Positions 48,074 through 60,500 of a stretch of DNA of 64,000 nucleotides are shown one piece after another. The DNA lies in assembly GCA_964187785.1 (NCBI GenBank), contig OZ076419.1:22754001-22818000 (forward strand), in the 5' to 3' direction. This stretch comes from Amphiscolops sp. MND2022 (taxonomy: Eukaryota). The notes below the pieces were generated by a model, which searched no databases, had not been told where the DNA came from, and saw only the letters and a list, made by a program, of their open reading frames with translations. Every line of letters begins with the position of its first letter. Within the stretch, counting starts at the first letter, position 1. Both the position numbers and the translations under genes were made by a program.

Positions 48074-48977
48074 TATTGCAGGTACTTCGAAATTTCATAA
48101 ATAAAACGGCTATCCAGCACCCATTTCTTGATATCTGCCAGTTGAAAGACACATTTCAATTAGTAGTTTCGAAAATTGCTTGATTGACAGCTTAGTTTAC
48201 ACTCAAACTTCGTTTCGAGATACATTTTGATGTTTTTTCACTCACATTTGGTTCTCAATTTCATCAAAAAATTCAAGTTGAACCAAAAACCGGAACGCAC
48301 CAAAAAATTCATTTTTCAAACTTGTAATTTTTGGGAACAAGACAGTGATATTTCACATTCTCTGTCAATCATCCGCCTATTGCGTTATCAAGTCTTCAAC
48401 AAAGAATCATCCGAATTTTCAGAAAAAAATGATTTCGCTCACACTTTTGGTGTAAAAGTTTTTTAGCTTGGAAGAGAAGCTGTCAAATTGAATGGTTGAC
48501 AAACTGAATTCCAACGTTCAGAGTTGTTTTGAAACATTTGGTGATAATTATTTGAAACCTTGAGATCCAAACAATTTCAAACGTTCCGTTTTTCATGGTT
48601 CATCTGATAATACGTGTTCCGTTTTTCGCGAATTGCCTAATAGCATCTTGGTGTAAAAATTCCACAAACTTGACAACGTAAACGTTTGTCAACAAGAAGT
48701 CAAAGGTTTTCTGAGTTTCATTCAGTTAATTGCCAATCATCAATTGCCGATCAATTTCGATGTTAACATCGTTCTGATTTGGCAGGTATTTTGAACTCAA
48801 ATCTAGAAACCGTCATTCAAAACCCAGTTTTTTGACATCAGGAAGTTTGATTGACAGCTCAGTTCAAATTTTTATTTCGTTTCAAGACGCATGCCAATGT
48901 TTTGCTTACTCATTCTTGGTTCCAAATTTGAGCAAAAAAATTAACGCGTATACCGTTTTTTACGGGTCATCTAATAC

Positions 48978-49289
48978 TTAAGGTGAACCAAAAAAACGGA
49001 CGGAGAAAACTTTTCGAAGATCTCAAAATTGCAAATATTTGATCTTTCCTCAGAAGCTAAAAAACTTTCACATGTTAAAAGTTAGAACGAAAACACAGGT
49101 CAAGACGTCTACACTGTTGTTGATGGTTCGAACCATGTTTAGTTGCAGATGTGATTATGTAATATGATCTTCAATCTAGATGATTGACAGATATTTTTTT
49201 CAGAAAACGATTTTCAGTGCCTTGTTTACAAATAATACGGTTTTGAAGATGAAAAATTTGCACGTTCCGTTTTTTTTTGGTTCACCTAG
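48978..49289. mobile_element. Third, inverted copy of the CTAGGTGAACC MITE
   Basis: aggtgaaccaaaaaaacgga...ccgttttttttggttcacctag|ta. Confidence 0.75.
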
Positions 49290-49317
49290 TAGTAGTGATA
49301 GTACTTTTACTGCTCCT

Positions 49318-49445
49318 TAAGGCTGATTATTGCGCAATAACTTGATATATCTTTTCTGCACTTTCTATTGAGTAATGATAGGGCTTTTATTGATCATTAA
49401 GGCAGATTATTGCGCAATAACTTGATATATCTTTTCTGCACTTTC
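49318..49445. repeat. Direct repeat, two ~48-bp copies each containing the palindrome TTATTGCGCAATAA
   Basis: taaggc(t/a)gattattgcgcaataacttgatatatcttttctgcacttt occurs twice. Confidence 0.8.
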
Positions 49446-51568
49446 AATTGAACATTGAAGTGTGAACAAAATGAGTCGCACTTGCTGCTAACTCAAAGGC
49501 GAAATTTTGGCACTAATGATTTATCAGGCGTGAATTATCAAGTCGTTCACACCAGAATCCAGATATGGAATTAGTTCAACCAGCACTAACGAGCCAATGA
49601 AATCTTAGTATCCGGACTCTAATTTTGTCCTGGCTTGATTGAACAAGTTATAACCCATTAATATTCCAAAACAGAACATTTGCGGCCTTTTAATGATTTT
49701 ACGCTTATAACTAATTTGTAATTGCAATTATTGCTAATGTTCTGAAATTAACCAAATTTACCTCCGAATCATACTTAGTTGTTACAGAACTCCTTTCACC
49801 GAGGTTTAATAATATTTACTAGTTATAACTATAAACTTTATCACAGATTCATCATGGGAGAAACATTTATCGTGGAAAAGGAGAAGGCAAGTAATTCATC
49901 AAAAACAGTAGTTAGCTAATTTACGCCCAAACTAATTTGCAATTTTGAAAACATTTATTGGGGAAAATTCTAGGCAATAATAGATTTAGAAAATTCAGTG
50001 AAAACAAGGAAAGACGTGTAATCCCAATGCAAAACCTTTCCCCTGGTATTCCCCGAAAAGCCATTTGGGTTTCCCGGCAGTGCGAGACTGAATAAATGTC
50101 TGGATGTTGAGGTTTTTCCTAATTTTCTGAAACTACACATCTAAACTTGCCCGCATGGTTAATCCGTCGACTATATCTTAGCTCAAATTTCTCTAAGGCA
50201 AATGGTATTTTGAAATCTGCATATTTTTATTATTTCAATCCCAAATTTCAATTTCAATAATATTACAAAAAAAGCACTTCCTTACGACTTTTCTATTCAA
50301 TTGGAATTGAAATATTCAAAATATACAGAACTTTCGGTTCAAGAACTTTGCATTTTATTTTTCAACTATTTTGAAATAAACCTCCATCTATTTAAATGAA
50401 TTTCAGAAAAAAAATAATGATCGGTTTGTTTTGGAATATATCAAAAGACCTCATTGTTTGATTTTTGAAGTTAAACACTATGAGGTTTTCATTCTTTCGA
50501 CAGAAATTTTGTATCTAATAATGACAGGCCATTTTTTGGTCAAACAGTGCACGATATTAACAATACTAAGTTTTTCAAATGCGTATGCTAAATGGCTATT
50601 TTTATGAAAATTCTGGAAAATCTCAATGTGTAGAAAAACTCTTTGGGCTTAAAAAGTCTTTCATTCTCAAAAAAGTTGACCACGTTCCCGTCTTTTCTGT
50701 TCTCAGTTGCAAATAAAATTTTCAAACCATTTTCTTTCCACAATTTTGTTTTTAAAACAAAACAACACCACAGGTGGCTCAAAGTACTATAAACAAAGTA
50801 AAACAATAATTACTTGTTATAACGCGAATTTCAATTGAAAGTTTACCGCCCACTGAGGTAGCCTGCGGCGGTTATTCGAATTGGCGCCGTCCTTGTGAAA
50901 ACCTTAGACTCTTTTGCCATTTCACGCCGCCAGCAACGTTGTTAACCCCCCTTGTGGGATCCTTTTAGTTGTGGCTTCCAAAGTCTTAGAGGTGCTCCGA
51001 ACTATAGCTAATAATCAACGGGGAAGTAGCAAGTTTGAATGCTAATGAATTTTACTTAATCCGCGCTTTCTCAACTTCCATTTTAATGACTGGTTAAGTT
51101 AAATTCTTCAATCATTGTTAATTTCAATGGGAAATTACGTGGTAGGTGAAATTGTATGGACTATATATGTAAACTCTTTTTTCTATTGGTAGTAAAACAT
51201 CTAGAAGTTTTTCATTTGATAATCTGCTTTTTCCGGTTATTTAGTACAGTGAAATTGATAATGTAATGGATGATTTTTCCGGTTTTTTAATTGATTTAAT
51301 TTTTATTAACCATATCTGATCACCATTCCTTTCGAAACGTACGACATATTTATTCAATTTAACGATATCGTATTAACGATATACGAAATATTTTATTTTT
51401 TAAAATTCGACGTTCCCAAAAACAATGAATCCTTTCTAGAACGGTTTCGCAAAATTCTTCAAATTATAATCACGTTTATACTTTTCGACATCAACTGTTT
51501 TTTTCTGTTTCAAGGATCCTAGCGAATCTTCCTTAAATGGAAGCTTTTCTTTCTCCATTGGCACCGGA

Positions 51569-54500
51569 ATGGCCGAACTGGAACGCATGAAAAGCAGAGA
51601 GCCAATCATATTCTCTCAGATGAGCGTGAACATTCTCAGATACATAGCCACTGATCTACCTGGTGACGTCATTAAAGGTCTATTGACCTATAGGAGTGGT
51701 GACCCCTGTTTGACCTCTGTGACGTCAGCGCCATCATCATCAGATGACCTTGACTGTGACCTCTCGGTTGAGTGGCCTCAGATCTTCAGCTGGGATAGTC
51801 AATACTCCAATGTCAATCTGCTCATCAAATACCTTGAAAATTGTAAGTAGGTTTGAAAGAGAACATTACATTTAGTATAATGACCTCAATTGCGAAAAGG
51901 TCAGAATCAACCCATAATCCGGACATCGAAAAAATCATGGGCCAAAAAGTGATTTGCAAAATGCCATCTAAATCATGGTCATTGAGATAATCATAAAATC
52001 TCGTCTGAGATGTTGGTCGTAATAATTCATCCAAAAACTCAACTCACAGCATCGAAACTTTTCGTCTATCCTTTTTTTCAATTACTTTGGATTTTAAATG
52101 GATTCTTATCCATTTTCTATCAATTTGACGCCAAATTTGCTTTTTATGTCAATTTCCTACAACAAAATCAATCTACCTAGGACAATGGCGTCTTTAGGGG
52201 GGGGGCCTCGCTGAAACATTTCTACAATGTTTTTCTATAGTTGCGTTATCAAATTACAGCAACATGACTCTTCCTAGTTCACTTAAATTACAAACTCGTC
52301 AAATGTACCATTCAGAATGGATTAATCGGTGGGATATTATTAACCTAATGAGCAAAAACGCATCCCAAGTTTATGTCGTCTCTTCAGTTAACAATTAAGG
52401 AAGGTAATTCTTGATGAACATTCTTGATATGCATATTAAAGCAATTAACTTGCTGAGAATCTCAGCTGGGGACGGTGTCAATAATTTCAGAAAAATGGTC
52501 ATTTTTGCCATTTTGTGGTAAAATGTAATTTGCAAGTTGAAAAATTTATTACAATATTGATAAACATTATTGATCATGGCAATGAAGAAATTCATGCATG
52601 GTAAAACTGCATGCACATGGTAAAACATGGCAGTGGATTGCACTCAGCATGTAATTCAACATGGCAATTACTGAAAGCCAGAGCTTGGCCAGACATCAGA
52701 ATTTCCAGTCGAGACAACTGTTGCGACAGAACATCTTTAGAAATAATGCTATCTTCTGAATGATTTGCATATTTCATACTGAAACTTTGTTATAGACCTG
52801 CGTAATTCTGCAATTCGTGTAGAAAAGGATTGAGTATGCAAGACTGTATTGAATGTATGAATTTCGCTGTTCTCGCAATGGTGTTAACTTTGCCACTTTT
52901 GATGTATTTGGCAGGTTGTTATTAAATACATTATTTCACACAATTGTCTTTTTACAGTAATATGTCAACATGAGATTAGCATCTACCACACTCCCCTTTT
53001 TTAATTTATAGCGTTCAAGGTAGTTAGGGGTTTTTAATATCAAAGTCGAGACAATTTGTTAACACAATTTTACTGCATCGATTCATTACAAGAATTGCAT
53101 ACTGCTTTCAATTTAACTAAAATTAATAACTCACATGTATGTATGTATTGTTATAAATACGGCATACTAAGGTTACAAATCAACGTAACACAGGTAACAC
53201 AAGTTGACATCAATTAAGTGTCACAGTTTTTTAAAAGTTTGACATGTGGGGTTTGTTAATTTGTATTCGGGTTTTTGATTTCGAATACACTTGGGAGACT
53301 TTCTTCTTCGGCACTTGACATTGCTTCAATTTTTGTCACCATTATGTTGTGACCCCATCTATCTGGCTTTTTGGAAACGCGAGATGAACTTCTAGCCTTT
53401 TCCCATTTCACCGTTCCCGATACTGGGACTTTTTGAGTTTCGTCTTTTTCTTCAATGGCTGTATTTTGGTCTTCTGGGTTTTCACTGCAGTCCGCGTCTT
53501 CCTTTATCTCGATTTGTTGCTGACTTTTTTCGTCAGTTTGCTTTCCTGCTGGAATTGGGGCTATGTACAGTTCTGGGTTGGGGGGTTGTCCGATGTCTTC
53601 TGACTCCGAGTCGCTTTCAATTAGTTTTCTCTTTAGTTGTGCCTTTTCGGACTTATTTGGCATATCACTTGTTTTTGGCATTTTGGTACCTTTCTCAATT
53701 TTCTTTTGCTTTGGCTTCTTGTCTTTGCTGATTGTTTTAGAGCTTGACGCTACATCTCGTTTGGAGTAGGTTACTTCTTTGTTATTTGTTTTGGGTACCA
53801 CTGTTACTGTGTTTTCAGATTGCCTCACTATTTGCCCTCTCACTTTTTTAAATGCACTTTCTAGCTTTGAGCCTCGAACTCTTTCCCTCACGAAGATGGT
53901 AGAGTCTGCCTCTTCGCTAAAATCCTCGGGCTCGATCTCTATGGCTGGGTCTTTCTCTAAAATACATTTTTCGATTAAGCGAGACTTCGGCGTATTCGGT
54001 TTTCTCCCGATATGTTTTTCAAATGCGGATTTTCCGTCCGAGCCTTTTTCTGATCTTAAAGCAAATAGTATTCTTGGCAGACCTTCCTTTTCTTTAGAAA
54101 TTATGATTTCTTTGTTTGTTCTCAATCTCTCATTAATTGTGCGAATCATCCGTTCTACTTTTCCATTTCCCCGATGGTCTCTAACCGGACATACAGTATG
54201 ATCGATAAAATGTTTTGTGCAAAATTGTTTAAACTTCTCACTTTTGAAAACGGTTTCGGGGTCAGTTCGGATTCTTTTTGGTATTCCATTTGCAGCTATA
54301 TATTCTGACAAAAATTCAATAACTTTTTCAGTGGTTGGATTTGGCAAAAATAGCGCATCCGGCCATCCTGAGTGATTATCTACAGACACAAGCAAGTACT
54401 TTTTCTTTTGGTTTGCATTTTGAAAGGGTCCCGCGAAATCTAGCGCAATTTCTTCGTTCGGTTCGGTTGATTCGGGAATTTTTCCAAATTCATTTTGTGA

Positions 54501-57500
54501 TTTTATGCATTTTAAGTTCTTACCTGCTAGTTGGCATTGCGGGCAATTTTTTGCTTTTTCCACGACTTCTCTGTGGACGCGGGGCCACCATACATCCGCC
54601 GCTTTTTTTAACATAGCGTCTCGTCCCGCATGTCCGAAGTGAATAGCTCTGAGGACATTTTCGCGCATGTTTTTGGGGATCACTAAACGGTTGTCCATAT
54701 AAAGTAACCCATTGTCACTAACGGAAAATGAATTAAATTTTTCCCTCCAAGGAGGGGGAAGTCGAGCAATTATTGCGTTATTTTTGTTTTGGATTAAGCT
54801 TTTGACCTTTTGGATCATTCGGTCTTCTTCGGCGTTTGCTTGGATGTAAACGTCACTTATTTTAGAAACTGGCTTTTCAGAGTTAAACGCCATTTCGTCG
54901 CTGTTTTGCGGATTAACAATTTCTATGCTTTCTTTATTTGTTTGCATAGGCGCGTGCACTGTCAATACACTATTTACATTCGTTCGCTCAGAATTCTCAC
55001 GTTCTCGCGATCTGATTGGTTGTCGCCAATTCTCCAATCCTTTCACTTTTGGCGTGACGTCCTTCACTACGTTTACCGTAAACCAATCAATAAAAAGTTT
55101 CTCAGCTTGAATTGATGCGCCTTCATAATTAGATGGGTGCCTTGATAGGTAATCTGCCATTCCTAACGTTCGTCCGGGTGTATGTACAATTGAAAAATCA
55201 AATGGCAAAAGTCTATCGACCCATCTTGTCAATCTGCTCGAGTACGTTTTGTTCCCTTTATTTGACTTTAGAGCACTTTGTAGAGCTTTATGATCTGAAA
55301 CTATGCCGAATGGAACCCCATACACGTAATTTTTAAAATGTTCAACTGACCACACTACTGCTAATAGTTCTAATTCGTTTATTGAGTACTTTGATTCTAA
55401 TTCCGTTAAAAATCTAGATGCATAAGAAATGAGTTTCCATTCGTTTTCCTCGCATTGTTGCAGGACCGCCCCTAGTCCTTGTTTGCTTGCATCGCAGATT
55501 ATTCGTAAAGGTTTATTTCTTTTGAAATGTGTCAATTCAGCTGCTTTCTTTACTTCATTATTTACACGAATAAATGCCGTTTCATGTTCTGGCGTCCATT
55601 TCCACGTTGCATCTTTTTTAAGAATTGGTCTAAATGGAAAACAAATTGATGCAAGGTCCGGAATAAATTTGTTGAATTGATTTACTGCCCCCAAGAAGGA
55701 TCTCAATTCTTTTAAATTCTCAGGTCGCAGTTTTTCTGTGATTGCTTGCACTTTTGTATTTACAGGCGAAATTCCGTCTTTTGTCATTTTGAAGCCAAGC
55801 CATTCAATTTCGCTTTGTGCTATTTTACATTTTCCCGCTTTTAATTGCAGTTCAGCGTTATCGAGTGTTTTTAGAATTTCCCGCACTTTGTCTAAATGTT
55901 CATTCTTTGTTCCCTTGGTTACTATTAAAATATCGTCTATGAATACAAATACTTCTCTAAATTTTGCTAATAATGAGTCCATTACTTTTTGAAATTCTGT
56001 AGGCATAACCGACAGACCGTAAAAACCTGATACGAATCTATATGTTCCCGTTGATTCTCCTCCAATTATTTGAAAGTTACAATGCTTTGCCGTTGAAATA
56101 TGCAAGGGTACTTGACCATACGCATAGGTCATATCAACTGATGAAAACCATGCCTCTTCTGTTTCTACATCAAGCTTTTCTGCCACCATGTCTAGCAAAT
56201 TTTCCACATTGGGCATTTGATATTTGTCCTTGTCTATGGCTTGGTTAAGTGCTCTTGCATCTAACGCAATTTTTACTGAACGATCCTTTTTTACTGTTAT
56301 TACTGTCGGCTGTATAAATACATCGTCTTTTATTTCGTTAATTTTTTCGATATGGCCTTCCTTTAATAACCTGGCAATTTCTTTGTCTACGGCCTTTTGT
56401 AGTTGAATTGGGATTCGTCTCCCTTTTTGCTGAGTAATTTTTGCATCTGCTTTGAAGTTGATTTTTACTTTATGGTTGGTTACTTTTCCGCGTCGTTCGA
56501 ACAGTTTTGGAAATTCTTTCACGAATTGCTTAGTTTCTACGCTTAGTTCTTGGTCCTTTTCTATAGAATTAACCTCAAACTCACCTTTTTGTTCTGGAGC
56601 AACTTGGTAATTTAGCGTGGATAGCCATTCTCTGCCGATAATTGATTTCGTGCCTTTCTTAGCTATCAGGATTCTGGCCTTCTTTACATAGCTGTCATTT
56701 ACTTGGAGCTCACAGAACACATATCCCAGCAGATGAAGTGGCTTGCCATTGAAGTCAACGTACCGCTCATTCTCCACCATTTCTCGAACTGGTAACTTTT
56801 CTCTTTTCATGATTTTCTTTATTTCGTCCAGTGCGTAGATTGTGACCGGTGACCCGGTATCAATCATGGTCTTGAAACGGTTTTCATTTATGAAGCCTTC
56901 CATGTAGTAGGGTTTAGTGTTGTTGTCGTTTCCTTCAATATTCAGAACCATGTAATTTCCATCCTCATCGTCGTTCTCTTCTTGATCGACAAGTTGCACC
57001 CTTTTGGCAAAACCACGATTTTTGCCAAAATTTTGATTGTTATCACTTTTCTTTTGGTTGCATACTTTTTCCAGATGCCCCTTCTTGCCACAGTAGTTGC
57101 ACATTGAATTGGGGGCTTTGCAACGATTCAGATGGTCTAACGTGAAATTTGTAGCACCACATCTCCAACATTCTCGATTGTTTTGTTTGGCCCCACTCAC
57201 CGAGCAGACCGGTTCTTCTTTTATCTTTGTCTCCTGGTTGATATACCCGTAAGTTCTTTGCCTTTTTAGGCCATCTTCGAAAGCAATTGCAAATTGAAGG
57301 GCGTCCGCTGGGTTATCTTTAGGCTCGGTGCAAAGTTTTTCTTGCACCTGCTTGTTTGCCATATTTAAAACAAATATATCGTAAACAAGCCCCTCAGTTT
57401 GATTCCCAAAATCGCACTTTGCCGCGAGTCCGTTCAATATGTTCCAGAATTGATGTAAGGTTTCATTCGGTTTCTGTTTTCGAGAAAGAAATGTGTGTCT

Positions 57501-60500
57501 ATCTAAAGTACGGTTTCGTCGAACTTGAAAGCACTCTTCGCAATTTTGGGCAGTATCTTGTAGTTGGATTGTAAGGATATTGATCTGTGGAAACTTATCC
57601 ATCAACATTTTTCGCCCCGTCTTTCCAATTGAAATGTAAAGAAGACTAACTACTTTTCTTTTTGCGTGATTTTCTTCTAGGTTTCCCATCAATGCTGCTT
57701 GTCTGGGATTTTGCTGATCTGCCACCCGAAGAAGTTCCGTAATGGAAATGGAGTGTCTGGCTAATACGGCGACTTCGAATAATTGTCTCCACTGTTCCCA
57801 ATCATAGCTGGGAGGTTTATCAGCATCTTGCCAGAAGTACGTTACACCTGGGAGTGGTGAATTCGAGCTATCTTCTTCTGCTCGCAGCGCCATGTTATAG
57901 ACCTGCGTAATTCTGCAATTCGTGTAGAAAAGGATTGAGTATGCAAGACTGTATTGAATGTATGAATTTCGCTGTTCTCGCAATGGTGTTAACTTTGCCA
58001 CTTTTGATGTATTTGGCAGGTTGTTATTAAATACATTATTTCACACAATTGTCTTTTTACAGTAATATGTCAACATGAGATTAGCATCTACCACAAACTT
58101 TCATCTTTCGAACTGTAAAATCCTGGTCGTTACTGCGTCCAATTTACCAAGGTTGAACAAGGATAATATGCGAAAAATGTAGGTTCAAAATTTTTCAAAG
58201 GAAAAAACTGCGAAGCTTTCGTCCCAAATGTCTAAGCTTCGTCACGTCATTGAGCGTGAAATAATTTTTTGTTCATCTGCATTTCAGACAGTGAGAAAGA
58301 GGGAATTTTCCGCATTCCTGGAAACAGCGTGCGAGTGCAGAGATTGAAGCAAGATCTGACCAATCACAACTTGATAGATCTTGCCAAGAAGAAGTACACT
58401 CATAATGACGTCAGCTCAGCCCTGAAGCAGCTGTTGAAACAAGCGCCGGGTTCTCTCATTCCAGACACACTGCATAAGGCTCATATCGCTGTGGCAGGTA
58501 AGGTCAACAGGTCAAAGGTCAAAAGTTACAGCAATTACCTTGAGAGCTTAATTGATCGATGTCGCAATTTTCCTTAATCAACCCTAGTTTGGAAAAAATT
58601 GTGAGAAAAACAGTTTGCAAGAATATTGCATTGTCTCGCAAGATCTTGAAAGACGTCTTGCAAGATATTTTCAAGGAACATACTTTTTTCAACCTAGGGA
58701 AGACCTTGGAAATATTTCGATAAAGCCATTTGTAAGTACACTTTTGGAGTCTGTTGTTTCCTTGGACTAACATTTCTGTTTCGACATCATTTTTTCTTAA
58801 AACTCATTTTCCGGATTTTTATTTCGGAGTAGTTAGAAAACTTCTCCAGATAATTAGCTAGTAGTTTCTTCATCAAATTGGCAAATAGCTCATCGTCAAA
58901 TTGGCAAATAGCTGCTCCAGCTAATTAGCTAATTGCAGTGCATCTTGCTAATTGATTCTTTCATGTTTCAAACGTGAAAAATATTTGACGGTAGATAAAA
59001 CTAGTTTAAAACTACTTGAGATAATACCAAGTATACTTAATTAATACCACATATTATACAATTTCAACCCATCAAAGTAGCCTCGAAATTTACTGTGGAT
59101 ACAATATCAACACTTGGATATTGTGTCGAAATTATCAGTTTTGATGTAGCCATTTTGATACGCCGCTGTTAATCTTTGATAACAATTAAATACAATAATC
59201 AGAAGAGTTGCTAATCTAGAAATAAACTTTTAGATATCACTTTGGAACTTGAAAGCCGCCGACAACAAGTGTTACTTTCGTGGCAAAGCTACGAAGACTC
59301 GGAGATTACAGAGAGTGAGATATTTGACGACATTTCCCAGGCCAGAGATCGGCACATCGAGGCTCTGCAAATCCTTTTGTTTTTGATGCCAACTGAGAAG
59401 TGGAGTGTGCTGAAAAACTTGGTGGAATTGCTTCACACCATCGCGAAGAAACAAAGTGTGAACAAAATGTCAGCGACTAACTTGGCTACTATTTTCACAC
59501 CTCATCTTTTGTGGCCCAGTTGTGAAAAGGTGTGACATCTTTCCAAGTCTTTTTTTCAGTATTGGTTTTTTGAAATTTCTATGAAGCTTTGTTTTTCAAT
59601 TGCATTCAATTTTGAGGGTTATTGGACTGAATATCAGAGGACAAATTACCAGAGGTCGAAAGACCAGAGGTCATACAACTACAAAATCAAATTACCAGAC
59701 GGTCAAGTTACCAGACGGTCAAAATACCAAGGTAGAATAGAACTTTAGCGAAGTTCGGTATAAAAAGATTTCATTGCTTTCAGAATCGAAAGTGTTGCCT
59801 TAATTAGTTAGAACATTTGAAGAAAGGGGCCATTAACTTATCTACGTTTATCGAATCAAAGACAATACAATTGTAGTTGTAATAATTAAATAATTATAAA
59901 TGAGTAATCTAGCTCTAGCTCTAAATGAGACTTTTTATTTACGAAGAAATAATAATCACACTTCACGTTGAGGTAATTTGATTATGCGGTTTTACGACCT
60001 ATGGTTTTTCGGCCTCTGCTATTTCGACTTGTGATATTTTAACCTGACTCCATTTTCTGGAACTTTCGAAATTCTAAAAATTCTTGTAATTTGATATTTT
60101 TGTTGAAGGTTTCAACCTTGTAATGAAATTTTAGTAATGAAAATGTCAAAGAGTTGCAAGTTTGTTAACAATAGATTAATATGCATCCTAAGAGTTTTGT
60201 TCTAGCATCCAAAGTTCACGAAATTTTCGCCAACTTTCTGAACTTGAAACTATATAATCTGAATTGAATGTTTCAGAAACGAAAAGATCCGTCTCGTCAC
60301 AAAGGACCAATTGATAACAACATGAGCACAGAATTCATGAACAAAGCATGTTACGCAATCACTTTCATGATCAGACATTGTAATCGAATTTTTGAGCCTC
60401 ACTTCGAAATGGTGGAAAGAGTGCGAAGTTACTACAAAACTCAGCGCTCCCTGCAAATATCGTCAACTGTTGATTTGACCTTCTGCAAGAACGGGAAATC

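Larger units (their letters stand above)
52788..58095 (-). mobile_element. Intact, very young Ty3/Gypsy (Mag-clade-like) LTR retrotransposon in an ARHGAP19 intron
   Basis: 203-bp LTRs at 52788-52990 and 57893-58095 appear identical, with TG...CA ends. 5-bp TSD AACTT at 52783-52787 and 58096-58100. PBS and PPT present; single uninterrupted gag-pol ORF. Confidence 0.97.

Noticed and set aside
53563-57574. Plus-strand and alternative-frame ORFs overlapping the Mag gag-pol
   Set aside because: These are shadow ORFs of a long coding sequence with no recognisable motifs.
57894-58001. 36-aa N-terminal extension of the Gag-Pol ORF in the ORF track
   Set aside because: It lies within the LTR and starts at a non-ATG codon; the ATG at the LTR/PBS junction is more plausible.
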